DNA of 64,000 nt from a virus: the IMG/VR virus record IMGVR_UViG_3300033233_000010, positions 57,784 to 121,783 of that record; one strand, 5' to 3'. This document shows positions 38,192 to 48,389 of this stretch, one piece after another (the stretch's first letter is position 1; every line of letters starts with the position of its first letter). Below the pieces are notes generated by a model. That model made no database searches, was not told the DNA's origin, and worked only from the letters and a program-made list of their open reading frames with translations. The translations under genes and the position numbers were made by a program.

Positions 38192-38782
38192 CTAGCCACG
38201 GTGAACCTCTACCGGCGGGAGCCACCGCAGCTCGGTTGTCTTGGCGGAAACGGCACCCCACACGATCCAGGCGTAGTCGCACGAGTCGATGTTGTCGCCG
38301 CCGAACTTGGGTCGCTGTGAGAGGACGAGCACGTAGGCGGGCTTGTGCTTCTGGAAGAAGTCGAAGCGCTTCACGCCTGCCACGAATGGAAGCCGGAGAA
38401 GGAAGGCCGCCTTGCCGCCCTCCGTCAGCAAGCCCAACGCCCGCTCGATGAACTGCTGCGCCAGCGAAAACGGCGGATTCGCCACCACGAGCGCGAACCG
38501 GCGCGTCAGCTGGGCGACGAGAAAGTCGGCGATCACCACCTCGTCGCAGACCACACGCAGCTCGGGCTCGAACTGCGGCTGGATCTCGACACCGGTAACG
38601 TGGAGGCCGGGATAGTTCGCTCGAAGGTAACGGGCGATCGCGCCCTTTCCGGCAGAAGGTTCGAGCACGGCGCGCGGACCATCGAGGCGCACAACCGAGA
38701 AGAGGCTGTCAAGCGCGCGAGGGGGCGTCTCGTAGAAGTCGAGATGCACGCCCTTTCGATCTTTGACCTTCGTGCTGCTCAT
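38192..38782 (-). CDS. N6-adenine DNA methyltransferase
   Basis: DFYETP, VLEPSAGKG, and NPPF. Confidence 0.85.
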   Translation of the reverse strand: MSSTKVKDRKGVHLDFYETPPRALDSLFSVVRLDGPRAVLEPSAGKGAIARYLRANYPGLHVTGVEIQPQFEPELRVVCDEVVIADFLVAQLTRRFALVVANPPFSLAQQFIERALGLLTEGGKAAFLLRLPFVAGVKRFDFFQKHKPAYVLVLSQRPKFGGDNIDSCDYAWIVWGAVSAKTTELRWLPPVEVHRG

Positions 38783-38792
38783 CGGAACACCC

Positions 38793-39383
38793 TCAGAGCT
38801 TCTGGAAGAGGAACACGCCCCGGACGCGGTGGTTCGTGGACCGAATGAGCGTGATCGCTCCCATGAAGGCTACTTCGTCCTTGCGATACATCGGAAGGAC
38901 CATGTCCATCCACACAAGGAAGCCGCCTACGTCGACTCGAACGAGTGCCTCGGACACGACCTTGTTCCGGTTGATGAGGCACGTCCCGTAATTGGCCGCG
39001 TCCTCCTCGGTGTAGGGCGGGTCGGCGTAGATGATGTCGAAGAACTTGCCGGGGAAGTAGGACGCGAAGTCGTTGGCGTCGCCGCGCACGTCGCAGTCGA
39101 TGTCCTCCCGGCGGTCGAAGCGAGTGTAGTTGCCCTTCGGCAGCGAGCCGGAGAACAGGTGGCACACGCGCTCGGCGTCGGGGAAGACCGCCGTGATGCG
39201 CTCCAGGTAGTTCGGCGGGTACGCGCCCCAGTAGTCGGTCTTGGAGCGGTAGTCGTTTCCCAAGATCCACGTCGCGTAGAGACGGTCATCGGCAGCGACA
39301 TAGGGAACCGAGGCGGGATACTTCTTCCCCACCGCGCTCGTCGCGTAGAGATCGCGTCGCTCTTTCATCGAGTAGGGCTTCAT
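38793..39383 (-). CDS. Putative amino-DNA methyltransferase
   Basis: HLFSG (SAM-binding) and DIIYADPPY; ATG at 39383 overlaps the upstream TGA. Confidence 0.7.
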   Translation of the reverse strand: MKPYSMKERRDLYATSAVGKKYPASVPYVAADDRLYATWILGNDYRSKTDYWGAYPPNYLERITAVFPDAERVCHLFSGSLPKGNYTRFDRREDIDCDVRGDANDFASYFPGKFFDIIYADPPYTEEDAANYGTCLINRNKVVSEALVRVDVGGFLVWMDMVLPMYRKDEVAFMGAITLIRSTNHRVRGVFLFQKL

Positions 39384-39610
39384 TGGAAGGTCACGCCTCT
39401 CGACGACGGGACGGGGTCGCACTTCGGGCAGTAGGGAATGGCGACCGTCTCGGTCTCGCCGCTACCAGCGCACGGTCCGGGGCCGTTCTCGTACCAGATG
39501 GAGCGCGTCTGCGGGATGGCGTGGATGTCGCCGCCACAGCGCTTGCAGGAGCAACCACCGTCGGGCAGAACGTTGAACCTGGACGGATCGGGATTGATGT
39601 ACTCGGGCAT
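39380..39610 (-). CDS. Small Zn-ribbon protein
   Basis: CKRC and CPKC; 76 aa. Confidence 0.5.
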   Translation of the reverse strand: MPEYINPDPSRFNVLPDGGCSCKRCGGDIHAIPQTRSIWYENGPGPCAGSGETETVAIPYCPKCDPVPSSRGVTFQ

Positions 39611-39640
39611 AGGCCACCGACGAAGTCGTGGAGGGCAGCA

Positions 39641-39678
39641 GCATCGCCCGACGGGCATGGAAGACCGTCGGGCGATGC
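39641..39678. repeat. Perfect 14-bp inverted repeat
   Basis: GCATCGCCCGACGG-N10-CCGTCGGGCGATGC in an intergenic gap. Confidence 0.8.
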
Positions 39679-39718
39679 CACAGAAAGAAAGAAGACGGAG
39701 ACGGCCTAGAGGTCGATC

Positions 39719-40570
39719 TCAGAAGTCGATCTCGGCGCCCTCGGCGTCGGCGACTTTCACGTCGACGCCCGCCGTGACGGCGGTCTTCATGTCGGCGGCG
39801 ATCTTCTCCAGCTCCTCGCGCGCCTTCGGCTTGAAGATCGTCGGGTAGTCGAACGGCTGGAGGAACTTCTCGACGGGGAGCCCGTAGTCGGCGGCGGCCT
39901 TCTCGAAGCGGTTGAGCATCGCCTCTTCCGTGAGCCGGTCCTGCGGGTCCCACTTGTTGCCGATGGCGGGCGTCTTCGGCGGGTTCGCCTTCTTGTCCGG
40001 CACGTCGTGGCGGTCGCGGGAGACGTGGAACAGGTGGCCGCGGAGCCCCTTGCCCATCTTCTCCAGCCCGAGGAACTGGTCCTTCTGGCGGTCGGTCACG
40101 AGCACGAGGACGCGCGTGTTCGTGTAGGTCTTCCCGGCCTTGGTGGTGGTCGTCCCGAGGTCGATCCCCGAGAGCGCCCAGTACCACGTCGGCTCGGTCG
40201 GGTGCCAGACGCCGTCCCTGTTGTTCTTCCCGAGCGCCTCGTTCATCGGGTCACCGCGCGCGTCATCCTTCCAGGTCGACACGAGCAGGTTGCCGAACTT
40301 GCCGTCGCGACCGGTGAAGCGGTGGATGTAGACGGCCCGTCTCGGCGTCGCCGGGGAGTGCATCGGATCGAGGAGCAGGATGGGGCGGTTGTCCTCGCCG
40401 CAGTCGACGCGGAAGTTGAAGATGCGGCGCTTGCCCTGCTTCCGCTCTCCCTCCTTCGTCTTGTAGACGATCGACTCCTCGAAGCCGAACTCGGGGAAAT
40501 TCCCCCGGGGTGCTCCGCCAGCGGCACGGACGGGGGGCGCTCCGGCGCCTGCGAACTCATCGGTAGACAT
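39719..40570 (-). CDS. Putative single-stranded DNA-binding protein
   Basis: 283 aa in the replication cluster, aromatic/basic core, acidic tail ending EIDF as in phage SSBs. Confidence 0.5.
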   Translation of the reverse strand: MSTDEFAGAGAPPVRAAGGAPRGNFPEFGFEESIVYKTKEGERKQGKRRIFNFRVDCGEDNRPILLLDPMHSPATPRRAVYIHRFTGRDGKFGNLLVSTWKDDARGDPMNEALGKNNRDGVWHPTEPTWYWALSGIDLGTTTTKAGKTYTNTRVLVLVTDRQKDQFLGLEKMGKGLRGHLFHVSRDRHDVPDKKANPPKTPAIGNKWDPQDRLTEEAMLNRFEKAAADYGLPVEKFLQPFDYPTIFKPKAREELEKIAADMKTAVTAGVDVKVADAEGAEIDF

Positions 40571-40649
40571 GACATTCTCCGTTTTTCACAGTTACGGTCT
40601 TCGCCACAATGGCCTGACCATCGGACCTTCTACCACGACCTTTCGGCAG

Positions 40650-42362
40650 TCACGTCGGTCTCCGTTGCGCGGCCCTGAGAGCGGCGCGGACAGCTCTGTA
40701 ACCTGTCCCCACCAGGTCGCTTACGTCCTCGATGATGGTGAAGTTTTTGTAGAAGCGCTTCACGGAATCGGTGCCGATCCCGATGGCGAGCGTGAGTACG
40801 CCGGCTTCCTCGACTCGCTGGACGGTGCGCTTGAGGTGCGCGTTGAGGATTCGATGATCCTCGGGCGACGAGGCCGGCACGCCATCCGAGATGACGATGA
40901 GGACGGCCTTCATCCCCGGCCTGTTGCGCGCCGCCAGCCGGCGCGCGGCCCACATCACCGCCTCGCCGTCGATGTTCTCGATGCAGCTGTCATGCGCAGC
41001 GAGCGCAGCGAAGCCGCCACGGCACTGCCGGAACGTCGCGGCGGCCTGCTTCACGATGAGGTGCCGGAGTGGCCGAACGCGCTCGTAGCTGGCGATGTCG
41101 GCCTTCGCGCTCCGCGCGTAGCCCGGTGTCGTTGTGAAGGCGGCGCATTCGTGCGAGACGCCGATGTGGTCGAGCACCATCGAGAAGGCGCACGCGGTCT
41201 GCGCGGCGATGTGCAGCTTGCTCTCGGCACCGCCACCGAGCATAGAGCCGGACGCGTCGACAAGCAGCGTGATGTCGGCATCGAGGACGATCTCCGGCAC
41301 CTTCACGCGAAAGACGCGGTCGGAACCGAGCGCGATCTTGTGCAGCGCGCGTTGGTCGAGCTGGCCGCGCCTCCGATTTCGCTCGAAGCGCTGCCCGATT
41401 CCGGTGAACTCCATGATGAGGCGCTTGCGGAGCGGCGGAACGACGTGCCTGACCCCTCGGACGAAGGCGGTTACCGCACTGACACCCTTCTCTGGCGGGA
41501 GGGTCTCGACGACATCCTCGTCCGTGTAGGCGCGGTACCGGTAGTGGTCGGAGAACGGATGCTCAGCGATGACGGCCTTTCGCACAGCGCCGAGAAGAAG
41601 CGGTTCGACGGCGGCGGCTATCTCCGCCTCGCGCGCATCCTCGCCTTTCTTCTCTCTCGGTTCGCCGTCCGTGGGAGCGCCGAGGCCGGTCTCCGTCTCC
41701 GTCGCGCTGGGCGATGCCGAAGTGTGGGGGGCGGGAGGCGGCTCTTTCTCCCACTGCCAGCGCTCGACGAGTTGGGTCGCTAGACGTAACGAGTTGATCG
41801 TGCTCTTCACGGCAGCGAGCTTCGGGAGGATGTCGGCAACTGGCGCGTAGATCGCCGCGATCTCCTCGCCGAGTTTCTCGTAGACCTCTGGGAGCGAGCC
41901 GCCGAACGCGAGGATCTGGAGCCCGTTGATCGCCAGCGCGCGATGGGCGTTGGGCAGCTCCTCGGCGTCCAGCCCGTCAAGCCGCTCAAGCAGCGCTACG
42001 CGGAGCTTTTCGTTGGACCCGGCGAGGTTCTGCGCGCATCCGAGCCACCGATCGGAGACCTTCCGCTCGATGAAGCCGTCCTCGATCGAGTTGGCGACGA
42101 GCTTGACGAGCGGACGCAGCTTTTCGACGAACACTTTCGGATCTGTGAAGCCGAAGTGCCCCATCTCGTGATCGCAGTCGGCCCGGAGGTGAAGCAGCGC
42201 CTCCTCGGAGACCTCGTCGGGGAGGGGGCGGAGGTGCATCACGCGGTTGGTGAGGTCGGCATAGGGTGCCACGGTGGCATCGAAAACGACCTGGACGCCC
42301 TCGCCTAGCAACCCGGCGGAGACAACGGTCTGCGCACTCTGGAGCATTTCCTTGCGGAGCAT
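40650..42362 (-). CDS. CobT-like VWA (MIDAS) protein
   Basis: DHEMGH (HExxH), LLVDASGSM (DxSxS), NIDGEA, and VISDG. Confidence 0.85.
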   Translation of the reverse strand: MLRKEMLQSAQTVVSAGLLGEGVQVVFDATVAPYADLTNRVMHLRPLPDEVSEEALLHLRADCDHEMGHFGFTDPKVFVEKLRPLVKLVANSIEDGFIERKVSDRWLGCAQNLAGSNEKLRVALLERLDGLDAEELPNAHRALAINGLQILAFGGSLPEVYEKLGEEIAAIYAPVADILPKLAAVKSTINSLRLATQLVERWQWEKEPPPAPHTSASPSATETETGLGAPTDGEPREKKGEDAREAEIAAAVEPLLLGAVRKAVIAEHPFSDHYRYRAYTDEDVVETLPPEKGVSAVTAFVRGVRHVVPPLRKRLIMEFTGIGQRFERNRRRGQLDQRALHKIALGSDRVFRVKVPEIVLDADITLLVDASGSMLGGGAESKLHIAAQTACAFSMVLDHIGVSHECAAFTTTPGYARSAKADIASYERVRPLRHLIVKQAAATFRQCRGGFAALAAHDSCIENIDGEAVMWAARRLAARNRPGMKAVLIVISDGVPASSPEDHRILNAHLKRTVQRVEEAGVLTLAIGIGTDSVKRFYKNFTIIEDVSDLVGTGYRAVRAALRAAQRRPT

Positions 42363-42401
42363 TCGCGGGCGATCCTCGCCTTACGTTCTACCCCGCCTGG
42401 C

Positions 42402-42722
42402 TCACGCGTAGCGGGCCTTCTTGGGCCGCCCCGGGCGCAGCCTGGTGACGCGTGCTCCCTGCTTCTGCCGCTCGGTGCTCTTCCACTGCGCGCCGGTGGC
42501 CTTCATGGCGAGCCCCCGGAGCTGCGTGCTCATCTTGCCCGAGTCGCGGAGGAACTCTTTCAGTTCCTCCGGCATCGAGACGCTGACCTTGGCATTGTTC
42601 CGCGGCAACGGCTGACCGCCGTTCTCCTCCCCGTTGGCCCAGCGGAGGGCGTCTTGGAGGTTGTCGAAGGCGCGCGTGCGCCCGTCGGTGAGCGCCATCG
42701 TGACCGGTTTTTGCCTGGGCAT
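42402..42722 (-). CDS. Small ribbon-helix-helix-like protein
   Basis: KVSVSMPEELKEFL; basic tail. Confidence 0.45.
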   Translation of the reverse strand: MPRQKPVTMALTDGRTRAFDNLQDALRWANGEENGGQPLPRNNAKVSVSMPEELKEFLRDSGKMSTQLRGLAMKATGAQWKSTERQKQGARVTRLRPGRPKKARYA

Positions 42723-42732
42723 GTTGTCTCCA

Positions 42733-43941
42733 TCACTCCATGCGCTCTTCCGGGATCGAGACAATCTCGCCCGTCGGTGGTTGGAGAGCGCGTGCTTTGG
42801 GTGGGCCGAAGGGCAGATCGGGCCGAATCGGCGTCGGTCTAATCCACCGAGCCTCGTATTCGCTTCTGTGTCTGCCGGGCACCGGGTAAAGGTGGTAATG
42901 CCCGCACCTGATGTAGCCGTAGGAGATGTGCCGCCCCGAATCGTAAGCGAGGCACTGGCACTCGGGAGCGGCGCAGCCCCGACGCAGCTTGGTGTGCATG
43001 GCGAACGTGTCGCCGCACGTCACGCACACGCTCTCGGGGCTCGTCTCGGCGTGCTCGCGCGACTCCGCTTCGAGCCTGGGGAGCTGGATGTCCTTGCCGA
43101 CGACAAAGATCGGCCTGGTCACGTCGCGGGTGCGCTGCCCGGTCCCCCTGGCGATCTGACGACGCTCGCGGCGCGGGACGCGCTCCTCCTCGACGACCTG
43201 GTTTCTCTTCTGTTTGTCTCGGCCTGAGCCGAAGAACGCGACGCCAACGGCGATCTTGAGGAGGCGCTCGTAGAGAACGCGCGAGGGCCAGTAGCCGCGC
43301 TCGTCGAACTCGGCTTGCTCCTGAACGGTCTTGCCGTCGGAGCGCATCTTCGTCGCGGCGAAGGTCTCCTCGATCGTTTGTCCGGGCAGGAGAGGGAACT
43401 TGAAGAAGTTGAAGCAGTAAGGCACCGCGCTCGTCTCGCCTCGACCCCGCGGCTCGGCGAAGCACACGTAGAGCACGAGCTTCTCGACGATCGGGTCGGT
43501 CGGTTCGGCGACGTAGACAGGGACGCCTCCGACGCTCGCCTGCCGACTCTGTGGGACGTATGGCTCGGTCACGCTCGTGGCGAGGAGAGCGCGCACGTAG
43601 GGCGAATTCTCGTCCTCGCGGATGTGGTTCTTCGGGAAGCGCACCATGAAGGCCGAGAACGGCAGCTTGAAGTGGCGGGCATCGACGTTGACCCGCGTGT
43701 TCTCCAAGGCGTCCATGATCCCGGGGTAGACCTTGAACTCGGGCCGGTTCTGCTCGTAGAACGCCCGTTCGAGGACGAAGCCGAAGCCGGTGTGCGCGAA
43801 GATCACCGGGTCCTGCCGGAGCCGGGCGATCATGTAGTCGTAGTAGCGAGCGGGGGTGAGCCCGGCTGGAACGGCTGAGTAGAAGCCCGTAAGGTAGGCT
43901 TCGTAGGACAGCTCGAACTCGTCGAATTGGATGTCGGGCAT
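42733..43941 (-). CDS. Hypothetical phage protein
   Basis: 402 aa with a strong SD; C-terminal Cys cluster and IRCGHYH...WIRP motif. Confidence 0.65.
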   Translation of the reverse strand: MPDIQFDEFELSYEAYLTGFYSAVPAGLTPARYYDYMIARLRQDPVIFAHTGFGFVLERAFYEQNRPEFKVYPGIMDALENTRVNVDARHFKLPFSAFMVRFPKNHIREDENSPYVRALLATSVTEPYVPQSRQASVGGVPVYVAEPTDPIVEKLVLYVCFAEPRGRGETSAVPYCFNFFKFPLLPGQTIEETFAATKMRSDGKTVQEQAEFDERGYWPSRVLYERLLKIAVGVAFFGSGRDKQKRNQVVEEERVPRRERRQIARGTGQRTRDVTRPIFVVGKDIQLPRLEAESREHAETSPESVCVTCGDTFAMHTKLRRGCAAPECQCLAYDSGRHISYGYIRCGHYHLYPVPGRHRSEYEARWIRPTPIRPDLPFGPPKARALQPPTGEIVSIPEERME

Positions 43942-43963
43942 GACTCCCTCCTTCTACCCCGGT

Positions 43964-44290
43964 CTACTCGGGCTGTTTCCAACCGCGTGCGGTGCGCATC
44001 GACACACACGACTCGCACGGGCAGACCGCGGGCGTGGGCGGAGCGGGCGAGGTGGCGACCTTGGTCTCCACGGCGCACTTCGCGCAGAGAGCATCCTGCT
44101 CCCAGTACTTCACGCCTCTCGGCTGAATCCACGCGAGGCGTCCGAGGAAGGTTTTGCAGCGCAGGCAGGCGCCGCAGTCGTGAACCTGGAGTTGCCATCG
44201 CGGCGTGAGGAGGCGCTCGCGCTCCCCCCGCACGGCAGCGCGCTTGTTTCGGACGTGATCACCGTAGGTTTGGCGACGGCGCATGTTCAA
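43964..44290 (-). CDS. Cys-rich hypothetical protein
   Basis: Several CxxC motifs. Confidence 0.45.
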   Translation of the reverse strand: MNMRRRQTYGDHVRNKRAAVRGERERLLTPRWQLQVHDCGACLRCKTFLGRLAWIQPRGVKYWEQDALCAKCAVETKVATSPAPPTPAVCPCESCVSMRTARGWKQPE

Positions 44291-44332
44291 CTCCTCGCAT
44301 CTTCAACAAACGAACGGCGAGGAGTTGCAGTC

Positions 44333-45604
44333 CTACGCGCCGAGCGACTTCATCTTGAGCCGTGTGCCGTAGATGCGCTGGATGACCTCGTTGGCCTTGG
44401 AGGCGTCCTCTGTGCTGATGCCGTTCGTGACCGCGAACTGCCACGCGCGCTCGGGCGTCATGCCAGCACGGATGTTTCCGGCCACGGCGAGGGTACGACG
44501 AATCGAGCAGACGAACATCACCTCGTCCTGAGCGAGCGCGGCTCGGAGCGCCTTGGCCGCGTTCACGATCGCCTCAGCCGACGCCGCTGAAACGCCGACC
44601 CTCTTCCGCAGGATCAACACTTCGTTCTCGGGTTCGGGGTAGGTCACGGCGATGCGTTGGTCCCACCGATCCAGAAAGGCCGCATCCTGGTAGGCGCGTC
44701 CGTGGTGAAGACCGCGTTCGTCACCCTGCCCGTGCGTGTTCTGCGTCCCGACGATCCTGGTGTTCTCGTGGCGCGGAACGACGCCTTCGCCGCCGAGCCG
44801 GAGGATGTGCATGTCCTGCTTGTTGAGGATGCGGTAGAGCGAGTAGAGCGTTTCGGCTGGGCACGCATCCGACTCGTCGAGAAGCAACCCGTAGCCTTCC
44901 TTGCACGCGAGCGCTGGCGAAGCGAGCGTGAACTTCGTCTCGCCCGCCACGAGATCCATGCGGCCTTCCATGTCGTCGGCTGTCATGCTCGGCGTGCAGT
45001 TGACGATGACGCACTTCTGGTCGCGAGCCTTGAAAACCTGTTCGACTGTCTCCGTCTTCCCGGCTCCGGCGGGTCCGATGAGCAGCACGTTGTCGCCCTT
45101 CTCGATGAAGGCGGCAAGGTCGCCCATCCACGGCGGATTCCAGAAGAACTCTGGGTCGATGTCCTTGGTCGGCTGCGGTTCGAGCCGCTTGAGATCGCGC
45201 CTCTCGTCCTGGCCGAGCGTGTAGCGGTGTACCTTTCGGTCAGAGCCGTAGTAGAAGAAGGCTCCGCGGCGTGCCGCCGCTCGGATGAAGGCCGGATGAA
45301 CGAGCGTTTGGAGCGGAGCAAGGCCCCCGATCCCGAGCGCGTTGACGTGGCGCGGGGCGAATGCCTCGTCGAGCGTGAGCAGCGTGGCGACGATCCCCTC
45401 GGCGGCGTCGAGGTCGAGCAGCGCCTCGGCGGTCGTCACCATGGAAAGCGTTGTTGGTCCGGTGTCGAGCGGATCGGGTGGCATGACGATGCCTGCCGCG
45501 GCGAACGAGCGCGGACCTTCGAGACCCTTGAGCACGTCCTCAGCCGTCTTGTGAACGGTAGGCGGAGCCGGCTTTTCCCACTTGCGCGGGGGATACGACG
45601 CCAT
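44333..45604 (-). CDS. CobS/CbbQ/MoxR-like AAA+ ATPase
   Basis: GPAGAGKT, LLLDESD, VGTQNT, and AFLDRW. Confidence 0.88.
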   Translation of the reverse strand: MASYPPRKWEKPAPPTVHKTAEDVLKGLEGPRSFAAAGIVMPPDPLDTGPTTLSMVTTAEALLDLDAAEGIVATLLTLDEAFAPRHVNALGIGGLAPLQTLVHPAFIRAAARRGAFFYYGSDRKVHRYTLGQDERRDLKRLEPQPTKDIDPEFFWNPPWMGDLAAFIEKGDNVLLIGPAGAGKTETVEQVFKARDQKCVIVNCTPSMTADDMEGRMDLVAGETKFTLASPALACKEGYGLLLDESDACPAETLYSLYRILNKQDMHILRLGGEGVVPRHENTRIVGTQNTHGQGDERGLHHGRAYQDAAFLDRWDQRIAVTYPEPENEVLILRKRVGVSAASAEAIVNAAKALRAALAQDEVMFVCSIRRTLAVAGNIRAGMTPERAWQFAVTNGISTEDASKANEVIQRIYGTRLKMKSLGA

Positions 45605-45633
45605 AGGTAGCCTCGTAGTTTCGTTCTACCTCG

Positions 45634-46773
45634 CTAGGCAAGCGGGTCGATTCCGGCGAGTGCGCGCACGATGTCGCCGATGATGGGTATCGCGTTGTCA
45701 AACGCGGCGGAGATCGCCACTTCGGTCATCTCGCCAGGATCTTTCCCGCCTTGGGGCCGCATGAGGCGGATGGGCATGGCATCTTCCATCTGCGCACCCA
45801 CCTTCTCAGCCGCACGCCGACCGGCGTTGTCGTCGTCGAAGAACAGGTAGACGGCGTCGGGCTCAGCGCACTTGACCGTGCGTCTGTGGTCCTCGCCGAA
45901 GCCCTGACCGAGCGTCGCGCCGACGTTCACCTTGTCACCGATCGCCTGCCACGTTTTCAGAAGATCGAAGGGGCCTTCGGAGAGGACGACTGGCCGCCCC
46001 TTCTTCCAGCTGTGCGCGCCGTAGAGATAGCGGGACTTGTTGAGGCCCGAGTAGTTGTGGTACTTCGTGACCTCCTGTCCCTTGGCCTTGTACTCGGCCT
46101 CGCGCGAGGGAAGGATGCGTCCGGTCACGCCAATGAGGCGCCCGTCGAAGCGACGGCACGGGAAGACCAGCCGTCCGGTGCGCTCGTCGTAGCGGAGTTC
46201 CCACCGCTTCGCCGTCTCCAGCTCGATCCCTCGCTCGGCGACGTAGGGCGGAAGGTCGGACGAGAACTGATCGAGGAACCGCTCGTCCAGAACATCGCGC
46301 TCGTTGGTGCGCGGCATCGATGCGCGCGGCTGGGGCATGATCGCGGCCACCGCCCGCGGCGGCCTCGGCTGCTGGACGGTCGGCACGGTCCCAGTCTCGT
46401 AGGCGGTGTCGAAGTGCTTGGTGGTGCGCTCGAAGTCGCGTTCGAGCGACGGCTCCTCCGTCTTGGCGATGCGCGCGACCCATTCGGCGAACATGGCCTG
46501 CACGGCGGGATCGCGCGCCAGGACCGCGCGCTGAACGACGTACCACAGACTCCCCTGATAGCCGCACGAGAAGGAGAAGCATGTCACTGACGATGGCCCG
46601 TCCGCGTCCAGTAGGACTCCGCACGACTTGTTCTTGTCGAGCGGATCGCTGTGCGACCACGGGGCCAGCGGACAGGAAATCATCACGTACGGTCCGAACT
46701 TTTCGGACACCGACGCCCGGCCACAGTAGAGCCCGAGCTTGTCGCAGACCTCGGTAACGCCCTCGATGTCCAT
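45634..46773 (-). CDS. DNA primase (Zn-binding plus TOPRIM)
   Basis: CPLAPWSH...CFSFSCG, SEGPFD, FFDDDNAG, and KDPGE. Confidence 0.88.
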   Translation of the reverse strand: MDIEGVTEVCDKLGLYCGRASVSEKFGPYVMISCPLAPWSHSDPLDKNKSCGVLLDADGPSSVTCFSFSCGYQGSLWYVVQRAVLARDPAVQAMFAEWVARIAKTEEPSLERDFERTTKHFDTAYETGTVPTVQQPRPPRAVAAIMPQPRASMPRTNERDVLDERFLDQFSSDLPPYVAERGIELETAKRWELRYDERTGRLVFPCRRFDGRLIGVTGRILPSREAEYKAKGQEVTKYHNYSGLNKSRYLYGAHSWKKGRPVVLSEGPFDLLKTWQAIGDKVNVGATLGQGFGEDHRRTVKCAEPDAVYLFFDDDNAGRRAAEKVGAQMEDAMPIRLMRPQGGKDPGEMTEVAISAAFDNAIPIIGDIVRALAGIDPLA

Positions 46774-46781
46774 CGGCTCCT

Positions 46782-48389
46782 CTAGAAGTCTATCGTCGGC
46801 TTCGATCCGGGCGGCGCAGTACCCGGAATGACGATACCAGTCGCTCCGCCTTCCGACTCCCCGCCGGCCTCGGGTTCCTCACCGCCGCCCGGGTCCTCAG
46901 CTGTCTCGCCGGCCTTGTAAATCTTGATCTCGGAGAAGTCCATCCGGTCGAGGTTGAAGTTGATGGCGAGATCGACCGGCTGGAACTCGCGCGACTCCAT
47001 GCCCGTGAAGATGCGCTGCTTCGCCTTCTCCATCTCTTTGTCCATGTGGAGCCCGCGCATCGAGTCGGCGTAGTCGCCGATCGCCTTCGCGTAGGCGGCG
47101 TCGTCAGCGTCGGCTTGAAGATCCTCTTTCTTCTTCGAGCCTTTGAGTTGCGTCGTCGCTACGACCGGAACGTTCAAGTTGGCGCACAGATCGAGCTTGA
47201 TCTCAGTGATGTTCTTGAGCGTGCGCTCCCACATCCCCAGCTGGGCATCACGCCCCAGGATGTAGAGCCCGTCGATCCCGACGGCCTTCGGGTTCAACTC
47301 AGCCGTCTTCGCAGCGATGTCGGCAACGTCGCGGATCGAGTTCGGGCCGGCGCAGTAGATCGTCGGCTTCGTCGGGTCGGGCGTCATCGCCGCCTCGACC
47401 CAGTCGTTGAGTCGCTTCTCCGACTCGATCGTCAGCTTGCCGGCACGGAAGTCCTCGTAGCAGAGGTTGAGGTCGATCGCCGCGAGACGCCGGTAGATCA
47501 GCTCCTTCGGCATCTCCATCGAGACAAGGAAGATGCACTCCCCAGGCTTCAGATCAGTCTTGAGGATGTGGAGCCACCACTTGAAGAGAATCCAGCTCTT
47601 TCCGACTTTGCGCTTAGCGAGGATGACCGTCAGCTCGCCGGGCTGGAGACCGAGGCTGAACTTGTCAACGTTGGGCCACGGCGAGGAGAGCCCAAGGAGC
47701 CCACCGCCGGTCGCTTTCGCGCGCTCGTAACCTTCGAGGACAGACCTCGCCGTCGAGGGGTCGTTGTAGGAGGACACGCCACCTATCGACCACGAGGTCT
47801 TGCGGACGATCTCGACGAGCTTGTCGCGAGCCTTCCTCGGGTCCTTTCCGATGTCGAACACGATGGAACGAAGCTCGGTCTTGAGGACGTTGTAGAGCGC
47901 CCGCATGACGAGCTTCTCGGCGAACAGCTCCACGTCGTAAGGCTCAGCCGGGGCAGCGATGTCTACATCGACCGCCGCCTTGATCTCGTAAGGCGTGGGG
48001 AGTCGGCCCTTCTTGACGAAATCCTCGAAGAGCTTGTAGACCCGCTGTTCCTTGTCCTGAACGTGCTCGGAGCGGAGCCCCTTGTCCCGCGCCTTGAAGT
48101 AGCCGCGTGGTCCGGCCTGGAGAACGGCGTAGACGAGCGCGAGATCGGGCCCGACTCCATCCATCGGCCTCTCGACCGGCACCGACTTGCTCGCCGACGG
48201 CGGCGCGAGTGTGAAATCGGATGTCGCCAGCTCGTCCGATCCGAACCCGGACGAGAAATCAGCCGCAGTGTCGGCGACGGGAGCGAGCGTCGGCGCGGAG
48301 CGCGGCTCGGGGTCCAAGCCGGCCCCCTCGTCGGGGTCGATGTACTGGATCTCGTCTGAACCCGGCTCGGGCACTGGATCGCCGCTCAT
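46782..48389 (-). CDS. dnaB: Replicative helicase
   Basis: GLQPGELTVILAKRKVGKS, SMEM, IDGLY, and VVATTQL. Confidence 0.88.
   Translation of the reverse strand: MSGDPVPEPGSDEIQYIDPDEGAGLDPEPRSAPTLAPVADTAADFSSGFGSDELATSDFTLAPPSASKSVPVERPMDGVGPDLALVYAVLQAGPRGYFKARDKGLRSEHVQDKEQRVYKLFEDFVKKGRLPTPYEIKAAVDVDIAAPAEPYDVELFAEKLVMRALYNVLKTELRSIVFDIGKDPRKARDKLVEIVRKTSWSIGGVSSYNDPSTARSVLEGYERAKATGGGLLGLSSPWPNVDKFSLGLQPGELTVILAKRKVGKSWILFKWWLHILKTDLKPGECIFLVSMEMPKELIYRRLAAIDLNLCYEDFRAGKLTIESEKRLNDWVEAAMTPDPTKPTIYCAGPNSIRDVADIAAKTAELNPKAVGIDGLYILGRDAQLGMWERTLKNITEIKLDLCANLNVPVVATTQLKGSKKKEDLQADADDAAYAKAIGDYADSMRGLHMDKEMEKAKQRIFTGMESREFQPVDLAINFNLDRMDFSEIKIYKAGETAEDPGGGEEPEAGGESEGGATGIVIPGTAPPGSKPTIDF

Noticed and set aside
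40650-45604. Cobalamin biosynthesis auxiliary genes
   Set aside because: No CobN or other pathway genes; the similarity reflects generic AAA+/VWA folds.
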